Below, piece by piece: positions 31,817 through 41,365 of a stretch of DNA of 64,000 nucleotides. The DNA comes from Pirellulales bacterium (GTDB lineage Bacteria > Planctomycetota > Planctomycetia > Pirellulales > PALSA-1355), in assembly GCA_963733035.1 (NCBI GenBank), contig CAVTBU010000005.1, forward strand, positions 1,216,001 to 1,280,000. The letters run 5' to 3'. Both the position numbers and the translations under genes were made by a program. Positions within the stretch are counted from its first letter, which is position 1. Each line of letters opens with the position of its first letter. Below the pieces are notes generated by a model that made no database searches, was not told the DNA's origin, and was given only the letters and a program-made list of their open reading frames with translations.

Positions 31817-32173
31817 CTACCAGCGAAATCCGTAATTAGCCGGCCACCTGTAGCCGTAGTATCCGCCATAGACGTACGGATACGTGCGGTAGCCATAATA
31901 GTACGGACGGTAGGCGCGGTACGGATACACGTAGGGTCGATAGACCCTGGGGCCGCGGTAGTATCCACGATAGGGTCGGTAGCCATAATAGGCCCGACCA
32001 TAGGGCCGATAATAGGCTCCGCGACGATACCGAACCGGCGTCACCGCGACGGCGTCTTGGCCGGGTCGATAGATGGCGTTGGAAGCCACTGTTTCAGCGG
32101 CGGCTGGCTGCGAAGCACTCCACAGCAGACCAACCAACAGCGTCGAAAGAATCGCCTGAGATGCAATACGCAT
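31817..32173 (-). CDS. Small secreted Tyr/Arg/Pro/Gly-rich protein
   Basis: GAGGAGG RBS; signal peptide ending AAA; mature part with YRPY x4. Confidence 0.75.
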   Translation of the reverse strand: MRIASQAILSTLLVGLLWSASQPAAAETVASNAIYRPGQDAVAVTPVRYRRGAYYRPYGRAYYGYRPYRGYYRGPRVYRPYVYPYRAYRPYYYGYRTYPYVYGGYYGYRWPANYGFRW

Positions 32174-32277
32174 GGTTCTGACCTCCTCGGCAGGAAACCG
32201 ATGATGTCGCCAGAACGATGATAACGCAAATCGAGTGCCCGTCGCATTGCTAGCGGTGCGCCGCCGGCCCCAACTGC

Positions 32278-33126
32278 TTATGCGCGGCCACCTTGCAGGC
32301 TGTCGGCCAGTTTGCCCAGGGCTTCGGTCTCGATCTGACGAACCCGTTCGCGTGTCAGCCCTAGTGCCTCGCCGATCTCCTTGAGCGTTTTGGGCTCATT
32401 GTCTGATAGCCCAAATCGCATGCGCAGCACCGTTGCTTCGCGCTGGTCCATCGTTTCGAGCATCTGCTTGACGTGGACCAGGTTGTCGCTGTCGACCAGC
32501 TCCTCCTCGGGACTCTTGAGCCGTTCATCCATCACCATTTCGCCCAGCGACCAACCGGTGTCGGCCTGATCGGTTTGCGGCGTGGAATTGTAGATGCGAA
32601 TGGCCTTCTTGATGATCGGCAGCTTCTTTTTCGGCAGGCCCAACACGCGGGCGATTTCCTCGGGCGTGGGCGTGCGACCGAGCTCTTCTGCCAGACGGGC
32701 CGTGGCTCTGCGCCACTTTGAAAGCAGCTCCACCATATAGGCCGGAATGCGGATCGTCTTGGCGGTGTTGATCAAAGCCCGCTTGATCGACTGCTTGATC
32801 CAGTAACTGGCATAGGTGCTGAACCGAGTGCCGACCCCCGGATCAAAACCTTCGACGGCCCGCAGCAGCCCGAGGTTTCCCTCTTCGATGAGGTCCTGCA
32901 GACTGAGCCCCTTGCCGGTATAGCCGCGGGCAATGTTGACGACTAGCCGCAAGTTGGCGCGAACCATGCGGTCGCGAGCGCGGATGTCGCCGTTGCCAAT
33001 CGCGGTGGCCAGCTCCTGCTCGTCCTTGGCCGTGAGCAGCGAGGTTTCATTGATCTCGCGGAGATAGGTCTCCAGCGGAGTCTGAACTGCCGAGGTGGTG
33101 CGACGTCGTGTGGTGGTCATGCTCAT
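32278..33126 (-). CDS. Sigma70-family RNA polymerase sigma factor (RpoD/RpoS-like, regions 1.2-4, no region 1.1)
   Basis: LETYLREI, ANLRLVVNIA, DLIEEGNLGL, RFSTYASYWIKQ, TLKEIG..LGLTRERVRQIE. Confidence 0.93.
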   Translation of the reverse strand: MSMTTTRRRTTSAVQTPLETYLREINETSLLTAKDEQELATAIGNGDIRARDRMVRANLRLVVNIARGYTGKGLSLQDLIEEGNLGLLRAVEGFDPGVGTRFSTYASYWIKQSIKRALINTAKTIRIPAYMVELLSKWRRATARLAEELGRTPTPEEIARVLGLPKKKLPIIKKAIRIYNSTPQTDQADTGWSLGEMVMDERLKSPEEELVDSDNLVHVKQMLETMDQREATVLRMRFGLSDNEPKTLKEIGEALGLTRERVRQIETEALGKLADSLQGGRA

Positions 33127-33445
33127 CCGCTGAAAGTTGCCTGGGTTAGCTGTACCGAACAACTTCACTATCGTCGTGGACGAAAGGGATTCTGTAAGGA
33201 GCGACGTAGACGATGCCGTGCGACGAATGTGAGGCACGTTCACAAGTTAGCGATGAATCCGGCGTCTCCGATTAATGACGGTACGACCAGAACAACAGTT
33301 CGCCGCGCGCGGCGAAGAAGCTGGAAATATCGCCCGTCAAGCGACAGGTGTGGCAGTCGTGAGGATCGTGCGTGCCAGATCCTCCCGCCGCGGCGCGATG
33401 TACGGGTGGCGCCACCTGCAACTTTCCGGACGTTCCTTTTGGGAC

Positions 33446-33477
33446 TTGACAGCCAACTGCATTAGTACAATAATGCA
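33446..33477 (+). promoter_or_regulatory. Sigma70 promoter with overlapping YtrA-type GntR operator
   Basis: TTGACA (33446-33451), 17 nt, AATAAT (33469-33474); perfect inverted repeat TGCATTA-N6-TAATGCA (33458-33477) over the -10. Confidence 0.75.
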
Positions 33478-33502
33478 CCAATGCAGTCGACCGGAGGTTC
33501 TC

Positions 33503-33928
33503 GTGACCGATGCTTCGCTCGAATTTGAGATTCAGCCCAATAGCGGCGTCCCGATCTACCGGCAGATCATGGACCAGGTCCGCGCCCTGGTGGCCAGCCG
33601 CCGGCTGGCTCCGGGGGCCATGGTTCCCAGCATCCGGCAGTTGGCCACGGATCTCGAGGTCAACATGATGACTGTCTCGAAGGCCTACGCCAAACTGGAG
33701 GCGGACGGAATCCTCGAGCGGGTTCGCGGAACCGGCATGCGGGTACTGCCACCCGCGTCGCTTGCATCACTTGCCGATCGCCAGCAGGAACTTGCGCCAC
33801 TTGTCGAGCCACTGGTTACTCGAGCCTTGCAGTTGGGGCTTAACGAACAGCAACTGATCGCGACCGTCCGTCAACATCTCAGGGAGCGCCAGTCGTGGAA
33901 CAAATCGCCATCGACATCTCGGGCTTGA
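33503..33928 (+). CDS. GntR family transcriptional regulator, YtrA subfamily
   Basis: GGAGG RBS and GTG; PIYRQI..Q, PSIRQLA..L.VN.MTVSKAY..LE..G; short C-domain; followed by an ABC ATPase. Confidence 0.92.
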   Translation: MTDASLEFEIQPNSGVPIYRQIMDQVRALVASRRLAPGAMVPSIRQLATDLEVNMMTVSKAYAKLEADGILERVRGTGMRVLPPASLASLADRQQELAPLVEPLVTRALQLGLNEQQLIATVRQHLRERQSWNKSPSTSRA

Positions 33929-34779
33929 CCAAGTCATACGGCCGGAACCAGGTGTTGCAGGGTATCGACCTGCGTGTGCCATGCGGCAGCGTCGTCGGCC
34001 TGATGGGGATGAACGGCTCGGGCAAGAGCACGCTGATCAAGTGCCTGCTGGGGCTGGTGCACTTCGACGGCGGATCGACGCGACTCTTCGGCGACGACGC
34101 ACGCCAGCTTTCGGCAGAGACCAAGGGACGGCTGGGCTACGTTCCGCAAGTTGTCCATCAACTCGACTGGATGAAGGTCCGGCATTTGATTCACTACACG
34201 TCGACATTTTATCCCAACTGGGATCACCGCTGGACAAGCGAACTGCTGCAACGCTGGCGAGTTCCGATGGAGGAGCGCGTGCAGGCGCTGTCAACCGGCC
34301 AGTTGCAAACGCTGGCCATTGTCCTGGCGCTGGGACATCGACCGGATCTCATGGTGCTCGACGAGCCCGTGGCCAGTCTTGATCCGGTGGCGCGGCGCGA
34401 CTTCCTGCGTTCCTTGCTGGAGCTTGCGCGAAATGGCGAGCGAACCATCCTGTTTTCCACGCACATCAGCTCCGACCTGGAACGCGTCGCGACCCATGTC
34501 GCCATTTTGCACGACGGGCGCGTCGCCAGCTTCTCCGAGCTCGACGACCTGAAAGACAGCATCAAGCGGCTACGCTTACGCGCACTTGACGATTTTCCCG
34601 GCACAATCGATGTACCGGGCCTGCTGCACCTGAAGGTCGAAGGCCGCAATGCCTTGGCCACGGTCAGCGCGGTCACGCCGGCATTGATTGACGAGCTCGA
34701 GCACCGATATGGGGCGGAGGTCCGCATCGAAGATCTGAATCTCGAAGAAATCTTCGTGGAGCTCAATGGCCATGGGTAA
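33895..34779 (+). CDS. ABC transporter ATP-binding protein (YtrB-like)
   Basis: GMNGSGKST, LSTGQ, LDEP, STH; C-terminal LEEIF. Confidence 0.94.
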   Translation: MEQIAIDISGLTKSYGRNQVLQGIDLRVPCGSVVGLMGMNGSGKSTLIKCLLGLVHFDGGSTRLFGDDARQLSAETKGRLGYVPQVVHQLDWMKVRHLIHYTSTFYPNWDHRWTSELLQRWRVPMEERVQALSTGQLQTLAIVLALGHRPDLMVLDEPVASLDPVARRDFLRSLLELARNGERTILFSTHISSDLERVATHVAILHDGRVASFSELDDLKDSIKRLRLRALDDFPGTIDVPGLLHLKVEGRNALATVSAVTPALIDELEHRYGAEVRIEDLNLEEIFVELNGHG

Positions 34780-36892
34780 TCGCATCCGCTGGATTCTCGT
34801 CAGCTACCTGACGAATCGCATGTTTCTGGTCGCAATTGCATTTTCATTCCTCTGGTTTGTGGGCCCGGTGTGGTTCAATCTCACCCGTTCACTGCCTTAT
34901 CAATCGAACCTTCCGCCGGCGCCAACAAGCAATCTGTTAGTATCTTCGCTTGGCTCTCTCGCAGAGGTTCGTCGCCGCGGGCTCGAGGGGCAGGTGGATG
35001 CCATCGACCTCGGAGGCCTTTGGAGCAGCATGGAGATCGCCCGCCAGAAACCCCAATCATCCCAGCCCGGCTTTCGCTACTCGATCGGACCACCGCCCAC
35101 ATCATTCTATGACGTTCTGAGCGAATTTCCGAATTTGCGGAGCGTCAGCCTGGGTTTCCAAGACTCGCCCGGTGGCCTGTCAGAAGTTTCCAAGTTGCGC
35201 CAGATCACTTACCTGAGCATGGGCGGCACAGTTCACGACGTTGCACCGCTTGCTTCGCTCAAGAATCTCCAGCGGCTCGACCTGAACACTTATCAGCCTT
35301 TGACGAATGTCGCAGCGCTGGCCAGCTTGCCGCGGCTGGAAACGATTACTCTGGCCAGCGACCAAGCGCTCTCAGACAAAGTGTTCGGGGAGCTTGCAAA
35401 ACTACCGCATCTAAAGGCGCTGGGAATTCGATCCAACCTCGGCAACCAGGGAATCAGCCTGGCGGGGATCGCGGAACTTGGCAATTCTCCGTCGCTCGAG
35501 ACGTTGTACGTAGGCGGCAATGACGTTCCGCGGCAGTTCGACCTGCTGGCCGAGGCGCGGCAGGCGCTGCCGCAGCTGGAAGTTCGCCCGGCAATCGTCC
35601 TTCCGCGGCCCCCGTTAGTGGCTTGCTTTCCGCCCGTGATGCTCGCATCGGCCGTTGGCTTCCTGCTGGCGAGTCAATTTCGCAGCGCCGCTCTCCGCCT
35701 GGCACCAGGCTTTGCCAAGGAGCATCTGTTGGTTGCCATCGGCTGGACCGTCTTGGCGGGCCTGGCAGGGGCCACTAGCGTTTGCCTGACGGGGCTTTCG
35801 GTTGGCACGAGCGTTTTCTTGGCGGCAGGGTGGCTTGCCATCGCATTCGGCGGCGGTGTCGAGTTATTTGGACAACGAAACTACGGAGCATCGGCCCTGA
35901 CCAACCGCTGTGAAGCCAGTGCGCATGGCATCGCGATCTTCGGCGTACTCTTTGCCCTGCTCTTGCCATCGACCAATACCGGCCCGCATCCACTACTGCT
36001 GTTGGCCCTTGCCGGAACTGGATCATTGTCTCTTTGGCGGGCCGCGAAAATGCTGCGGCTCATGCCGGAACTCCACGGCGGCGGCGGGGTGCAGCAGCCA
36101 TCGGGTTGGTGGCTCGACAGCGGCCGGCGCGAACTCCAAATCGAATCGCTCGAGTGGGAGCCAACAGCCAAACCTCGCTGGAACGCCGTTCAACGATGGA
36201 GGCTGGGCAACCCGCCGTTACACATGCTATTTGTCGCGCTGCTGTTCATCTGCGGTGCGATCGGGACGACCATCTTCATGGGGCGAATGATAGGTAGCAG
36301 AGGCCCCGACTTCAATCACAACCAAGCCAGTTCGTTTGCCTTCATGTTGCTCGTGTTTGTTTGCGGGCAAGTTGCGACCTTCTGGCGAAAGCGTCTATTG
36401 TCGCTCGACGTCGAGTCGCTATGGCCGATCTCGCGCAGCATGCTCCGGCGCGAGCTGGCGATGGCACTGGCTGTCGACCTGATCGTGCCGGCGCTGTCGA
36501 TCGCGGCGTTTGCCGCCGTCACGATCAATTTGCCCGAGACGTGGTTGCTCCTCCCGCTCTCGGTCCAATGGCACGACATTGCCTGGCGAAACATCCCCGG
36601 CGATTTTGCGCTGCTGTCGATCGTTCTCTGGACAGTTTGCTATGCGAGTAGCGCGATTCTGATCATCGTCGAGCGTGCGTGGTTGCGGCTGTTGCTTGTC
36701 TTCGCCGCCATGTTCCTCACGATCCTGGCTACCGTTGGAATTGCGGCCCTACACGACGATTTGCCCAGATATACGGTCGGCTTTCCGCGAGTCTTGTTGC
36801 CGTATCTGTGGGTGCCGACCGCGATCTCTGGACTCGCGTTGGTTTGGATGTGGAAACTTTGGGCCCGGCTGGAGTTCGACCGTCAGCGCTAG
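34772..36892 (+). CDS. Multi-pass membrane protein (probable ABC permease partner) with internal leucine-rich-repeat domain
   Basis: N-terminal TM; ~6 LxxLxxLxL repeats (FPNLRSVSL, LRQITYLSM, LKNLQRLDL, LPRLETITL, LPHLKALGI, SPSLETLYV); ~10 further hydrophobic segments. Confidence 0.75.
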   Translation: MGNRIRWILVSYLTNRMFLVAIAFSFLWFVGPVWFNLTRSLPYQSNLPPAPTSNLLVSSLGSLAEVRRRGLEGQVDAIDLGGLWSSMEIARQKPQSSQPGFRYSIGPPPTSFYDVLSEFPNLRSVSLGFQDSPGGLSEVSKLRQITYLSMGGTVHDVAPLASLKNLQRLDLNTYQPLTNVAALASLPRLETITLASDQALSDKVFGELAKLPHLKALGIRSNLGNQGISLAGIAELGNSPSLETLYVGGNDVPRQFDLLAEARQALPQLEVRPAIVLPRPPLVACFPPVMLASAVGFLLASQFRSAALRLAPGFAKEHLLVAIGWTVLAGLAGATSVCLTGLSVGTSVFLAAGWLAIAFGGGVELFGQRNYGASALTNRCEASAHGIAIFGVLFALLLPSTNTGPHPLLLLALAGTGSLSLWRAAKMLRLMPELHGGGGVQQPSGWWLDSGRRELQIESLEWEPTAKPRWNAVQRWRLGNPPLHMLFVALLFICGAIGTTIFMGRMIGSRGPDFNHNQASSFAFMLLVFVCGQVATFWRKRLLSLDVESLWPISRSMLRRELAMALAVDLIVPALSIAAFAAVTINLPETWLLLPLSVQWHDIAWRNIPGDFALLSIVLWTVCYASSAILIIVERAWLRLLLVFAAMFLTILATVGIAALHDDLPRYTVGFPRVLLPYLWVPTAISGLALVWMWKLWARLEFDRQR

Positions 36893-36952
36893 ATTCGTGC
36901 ACAGGGCCCCGAACGTAGGTGGAAGTGAGCCGACCAGACTTCGAAGTGCAAT

Positions 36953-36995
36953 AAAAAGCCCCCGCGAACATACTCGTTCGCGGGGGCCCGTTTTT
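36953..36995. terminator. Bidirectional intrinsic terminator between the ABC operon and rpsA
   Basis: AAAAA-GCCCCCGCGAAC-atactc-GTTCGCGGGGGC-ccg-TTTTT. Confidence 0.85.
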
Positions 36996-37013
36996 GGCTA
37001 AAAGCAATCACGC

Positions 37014-38807
37014 TTACTTGATCAGCGGACCGGATTCACCGCCGACGCCGCCCTTGAGTTCCGACGAGGGGACGCTGCTGGGCTTATTGGGCGAGGAACC
37101 GCCGCCATTGCTGGTCGCGTCGCCCTCGCCGTCGCCGCCGATCTCATCCTCCTGCCAATCGACCCGCTTGCGCGAGAGGCCGATTTTGCGTTCTCCGGCG
37201 TCGACGCGAAGCACTTTGACTTCGATCTCGTCGCCGACCTTCACGATCTCCTCGGCATTCTCGACCTTGTGGTCGGCCAACTCGGAGATGTGCAGCAGGC
37301 CTTCCAGGCCGTTCTCGAGGCCCACGAAGACGCCGAAGTTGGTGATCTTCGTGACGGTGCCTTTGACGAGTTGGCCCGGTTGATACTTGCTGGGGATGTC
37401 GGTGGCCCAGGGATCCTCTTCGAGTTGCTTGAGGCCCAGGGCGATGCGGCGGCGCTGCTGGTCGACCGAGAGGACTTTGCACTCAACGGTCTGGCCCTTT
37501 TCGACCACCTCGCTGGGATGGCTGATTTTGCGGGTCCACGACATGTCGCTGACGTGCAACAGACCGTCGATGCCCTCTTCGATTTCGATGAAGGCGCCAT
37601 AGTTGGTCAAGTTGCGGACGGTGCCCTTGACCATCGTGCCAGGCGGATAACGTTCGGCGACCTTGTCCCAGGGGTTGGCCTGGGTCTGCTTCATGCCGAG
37701 CGAGATCTCCTGCTTGTTCTTGTCGATGTTCAGAACGACGACGTCGATCTCGTCGTCGATGTGCACCAACTCGTTCGGATGGCTAATCCGCTTGGTCCAC
37801 GACATCTCGCTGATGTGCACGAGACCCTCGATGCCCTCTTCGAGCTTGACGAAGGCACCGTAGCTCATCACGTTGACGACCGTGCCACGCACGACCGACC
37901 CGACCGGGTATTTATCTTCGACCGATTCCCACGGACTGGGCGTCTTCTGCTTGAGCCCCAGGGCGATCTTCTCTTTTTCACGATCGACGTGCAGGATTTG
38001 CACTTCGATCTCCTGGTCGATGGAGACCATCTCCGAGGGGTGGCCGATGCGGCCCCAACTCATATCGGTGATGTGCAACAGACCGTCGATGCCGCCGAGA
38101 TCGACGAACGCGCCGAACTCGGCGATATTCTTGACGACGCCCTTGCGAAGTTGTCCCGGCTCGAGCGTGGAGAGCAATTGCGATTTCTTTTCGGCCCGCT
38201 CGGCTTCGATCAGCGCGCGGCGGCTAACGACGATGTTTCGCCGGGCGTCGTCGATCTTGAGCACGACGCATTGGATGGTGCGACCGATGTAGTCGCCGAT
38301 ATCCGCCGGTCGACGAATATCGACCTGGCTGGCCGGCAAAAAGACGTTGACGCCGATATCGACTAGCAGGCCACCCTTGATCTTGCGGGTAACGGCACCG
38401 GTGACGATGTCGCCCTCGTGGACGGTTTCCATCACCTTCAGCCAGGCCTCGATCTTCTCGGCCTTGCGCTTGCTGAGCGTGATCATGCCGCGGGCATCGT
38501 CGGTGCGACCGAAGACATCTTCGACTTCTTCGACCAGAACCTTGACGTTCTGCCCTACCTCGGGCGGCTCTTCATCTTCTTCCCACTCGTTTCGCGGGAT
38601 GATGCCCTCGCTCTTATAACCAACGTCGACGAGAACGAACTCGTTGTCGACCCGGAGGATATGACCCTCGATGATCTTATTGACGGCCAGCTCGCCGCCG
38701 CCCCAATCGATCTCTTCGGTGGCGGTGCCGCCCATCGCCTGGGCGAGTTCTTCTTCCCATTCCTCTTGCTTCAGATCCAAGCCGCGAATCAGGTTACGAT
38801 TTACCAT
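37014..38807 (-). CDS. rpsA: 30S ribosomal protein S1
   Basis: Six S1 repeats (VDVGYKSEG, FLPASQ, GAFVDLGGIDGLLHI, GLVHISEMSW and others). Confidence 0.98.
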   Translation of the reverse strand: MVNRNLIRGLDLKQEEWEEELAQAMGGTATEEIDWGGGELAVNKIIEGHILRVDNEFVLVDVGYKSEGIIPRNEWEEDEEPPEVGQNVKVLVEEVEDVFGRTDDARGMITLSKRKAEKIEAWLKVMETVHEGDIVTGAVTRKIKGGLLVDIGVNVFLPASQVDIRRPADIGDYIGRTIQCVVLKIDDARRNIVVSRRALIEAERAEKKSQLLSTLEPGQLRKGVVKNIAEFGAFVDLGGIDGLLHITDMSWGRIGHPSEMVSIDQEIEVQILHVDREKEKIALGLKQKTPSPWESVEDKYPVGSVVRGTVVNVMSYGAFVKLEEGIEGLVHISEMSWTKRISHPNELVHIDDEIDVVVLNIDKNKQEISLGMKQTQANPWDKVAERYPPGTMVKGTVRNLTNYGAFIEIEEGIDGLLHVSDMSWTRKISHPSEVVEKGQTVECKVLSVDQQRRRIALGLKQLEEDPWATDIPSKYQPGQLVKGTVTKITNFGVFVGLENGLEGLLHISELADHKVENAEEIVKVGDEIEVKVLRVDAGERKIGLSRKRVDWQEDEIGGDGEGDATSNGGGSSPNKPSSVPSSELKGGVGGESGPLIK

Positions 38808-38963
38808 TGTGTTCGGTGTGTGGTTCAACCCCGCCACGCAAGGTGCCGCGACGCTCATCGCAGAGCGTACGACGGCGCGCCAGAGCTTTTAAAAAGTGCA
38901 CGACCCCGCATCAGCCGGCCGCCTCCAATGAGCGACCTGAAAAACCGCACGGGCGAATCGCAA

Positions 38964-38992
38964 ATTATATAGATTGTTGGACTTAAGGGCAA
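38964..38992 (-). promoter_or_regulatory. Putative sigma70 promoter of rpsA
   Basis: Minus strand TTGCCC (38987-38992), 17 nt, TATAAT (38964-38969). Confidence 0.7.
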
Positions 38993-39053
38993 CGACTATG
39001 CCGCACAATCGGCCACCGTTTAAAAAACTTGGAAACAAAAACAACAGTGCTCA

Positions 39054-39081
39054 TTGCATTTGCCGCCCAAGCTGGTACTCT
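39054..39081 (+). promoter_or_regulatory. Putative promoter with extended -10, divergent from rpsA
   Basis: TTGCAT (39054-39059), 16 nt, TG-g-TACTCT (39073-39081). Confidence 0.45.
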
Positions 39082-39086
39082 GGTGA

Positions 39087-39171
39087 GAGTCCCTGTCCGG
39101 CAGCCGTAGGCTGCTGGATGTGCACGTGGCCTCAGGACCTATTTAGCGGCAGGTCCTGAGGCCCTTTTTTT
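39087..39171 (+). ncRNA. Candidate small non-coding RNA (two hairpins, ends in intrinsic terminator)
   Basis: Hairpin TCCGGCAGCC-gta-GGCTGCTGGA, then a 13-bp perfect hairpin and T7; no credible plus-strand gene upstream. Confidence 0.45.
39128..39171 (+). terminator. Intrinsic terminator, plus strand
   Basis: GGCCTCAGGACCT-atttagcggc-AGGTCCTGAGGCC-c-TTTTTTT. Confidence 0.85.
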
Positions 39172-39249
39172 GCGCTGCTCGAACGCCCTATCTAAAGCAC
39201 GTGCGGGATTTGGGGCCGCGAATACCGAACAGCGGCGACCCGGAAACGA

Positions 39250-41365
39250 TTATTGGTCCACGGTATATGGTAACTGGGCCGTCGACTCGGAGGCCCCGGC
39301 CGACACCGTGAGGGGCAACTTCCAGACCACGCTCCCCGCTTTGCACAAGCCCTCAGATCCGTCCTGGCAGTAATAGTATGCCAGCGATACTTCCAACGTT
39401 TCCTGGCCTTCGCCGCTCGTGGGCAGCTGAATGTCGAATTTCGTCGACGGTTTGTCCACGCGCTGCAGCGTGCCGATGGCCTGTCGATCGAGGGGGCCCT
39501 GATCGCCATCGGCTTTTACAAGGTAACGTAGCGGGGCCAGCGGGTTGATCTTGTACCCCTCGGGCAGCGACAAGTCGACCTGCAGCTGCACGTTGCCTTC
39601 TGCCGGCTTCAGAGTCGCGGCCGGAAGTTCAATCTGCTTGGCGTCTGGGAAGCTCGGCGCGGCGCTCTGGGCCTTAGGCGGCGCGGGGGCCTTAAGCCCC
39701 TTGATTTCGAGCGTGGCCACGTGGTTTCCGTGTGCCAGATCGATCGTACGAACGGCATGGTTGTTGGTATCGGCCACATACAACTTGCCCGCCGCATAGG
39801 ACAAACCGGCCGGCTCGTCGAACTCCGCTGGCGAATCGTTTGCGCCCGGCTCGCCCGTGCCTACCAAGGTCTCGCTGGTGCCACGTAGCGGATCGATGAC
39901 CTTGATCTTATTGTTGTACGTATCGGCGACATAGAGCAGCTTATCGTGATACAAAACGCCCAGCGCGTGCTGCAGGCGGACCTGCTGACCCTGACCATCG
40001 ACGTCGCCAAACAGGAAGAGCCGGCCGACAGGCGACCAGGCAGTGCCGACCACGGTAGTGACGGGCTGTGCCGCGGCGAAGGGCACGGCGCGGATCGAAC
40101 TTCCCTCGCTATCGGCGACATACAGGACTTTGCCGTCGGTGGCCAATCCACTCGGCTGAGCAAACGATGAAAGCGCCCATGGCGTAGGGCGTGGCGGGCA
40201 GATGTGGGCCGTCGACGATATCCTCGCGGCCGTTTCCCGCAAATGGCCCAATCTCACCGCGCGACAGCGACATCCGCCAAATCTGATGCGGACCGGCCAT
40301 CGCGATATACAGTTCTCGTCCCCGCACCAAAAGTGCCCAAGGGCTGTTGAGAGGCGTTTTGAGCGGACGGCCGGTCGTTCGGCCCGGGCCCGCGCCCGCG
40401 AAAAACTCGTTTGCCATCGGTCTGCCTTGTTTGCCCGTGCCGGCCACCGTCGAGACTTTCTTCTTTTTCAGATCGACTTTGCGAATCAGGTGATTCTCCG
40501 TATCGGCCACGTAGAGCCAGTCCCGATCGAGCGCCATGCCCTGGGGATGATCGAACGTCGCTTCGGTGTAGTCGCCGTCATCGGCACCGACCCCGCCCGA
40601 GCCAATCGTGTCGACGAGCGTGCCATCGAGTTGTGTTACGACGATCCGGTTATGGCTACTGTCGGAGATGTAGAGGCGATCCGAGTCCTCATCGGCCAAA
40701 ACTTTCCCGGGATACCGCAGAGCCGTGTCGGGGGCGGGCAAGCCAGCCTTCTCACCCGTCAACGGGGGCGGCGAGGGCTTGATTAGATGGTTCGCGCGGT
40801 AGTACGGCAGGACCTTTTTGAAGAAGGCGTCGAGCGTCTCGAAATCGATTTCGCCGCCATTGCGTGCTACCAGATTGCCCTGAGGATCGATCACGCACAG
40901 CGTCGGCCAACTCTCCACCCCGTACTTCTTCCAAATCATGTGCCGAGCATCATTGACCACCGGATGCTCGATGCCGTAGCGCTCAACGGCCTCGCGAATG
41001 TTCTTTGAGTCCGCCTCGGTAGCGAACTTTGCCGAATGAACCCCAATCACCACGATCTCGTTGGGATACTCGTGCTCCAGCTTCTTCAGTTCCGGCAGGA
41101 TGTGCATGCAATTAATGCAGCAATACGTCCAGAAATCGAGCAGCACGAATTTGCCGCGGAGCTGTTTGAGATCGATCGGTCCGGCAGTATTGATCCAGTC
41201 CACTCCCCCGTCGAGTGCGGGGGCCGGGAAGCGCTGGGCAAAGGGATTCGCTGCTGGCGCGGCCTGGGCGGCTATCAGGTAGTTTCCCACCAGCGACGCG
41301 AGCAGCGCCACCGCTAGCAAGGGCAGCAATAAATTGCGGGCCGGTGATTTTACGATTCTGGTCAT
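39250..41365 (-). CDS. Thioredoxin-like + NHL-repeat protein (NHLRC2/SOQ1-like); one apparent frameshift at ~40172
   Basis: Signal peptide; LDFWTYCCINC, GVHSAKF, WPT; NHL repeats (LYISDSSHNRI, LYVADTENH, AQPSGL, LQHALGV, LYVADTYNNKIK) continuing across two frames. Confidence 0.85.

Noticed and set aside
38974..39159. 61-aa plus-strand ORF as the reason for the orphan terminator
   Set aside because: It has no RBS, starts inside the rpsA promoter and stops inside the terminator stem; a non-coding RNA fits better, though a micropeptide is not excluded.
39081..39171. tRNA, SRP RNA, 6S RNA or riboswitch identity for the structured element
   Set aside because: No T-loop or cloverleaf, no SRP helix-8 motif, too short for 6S, and no downstream plus-strand gene to regulate.
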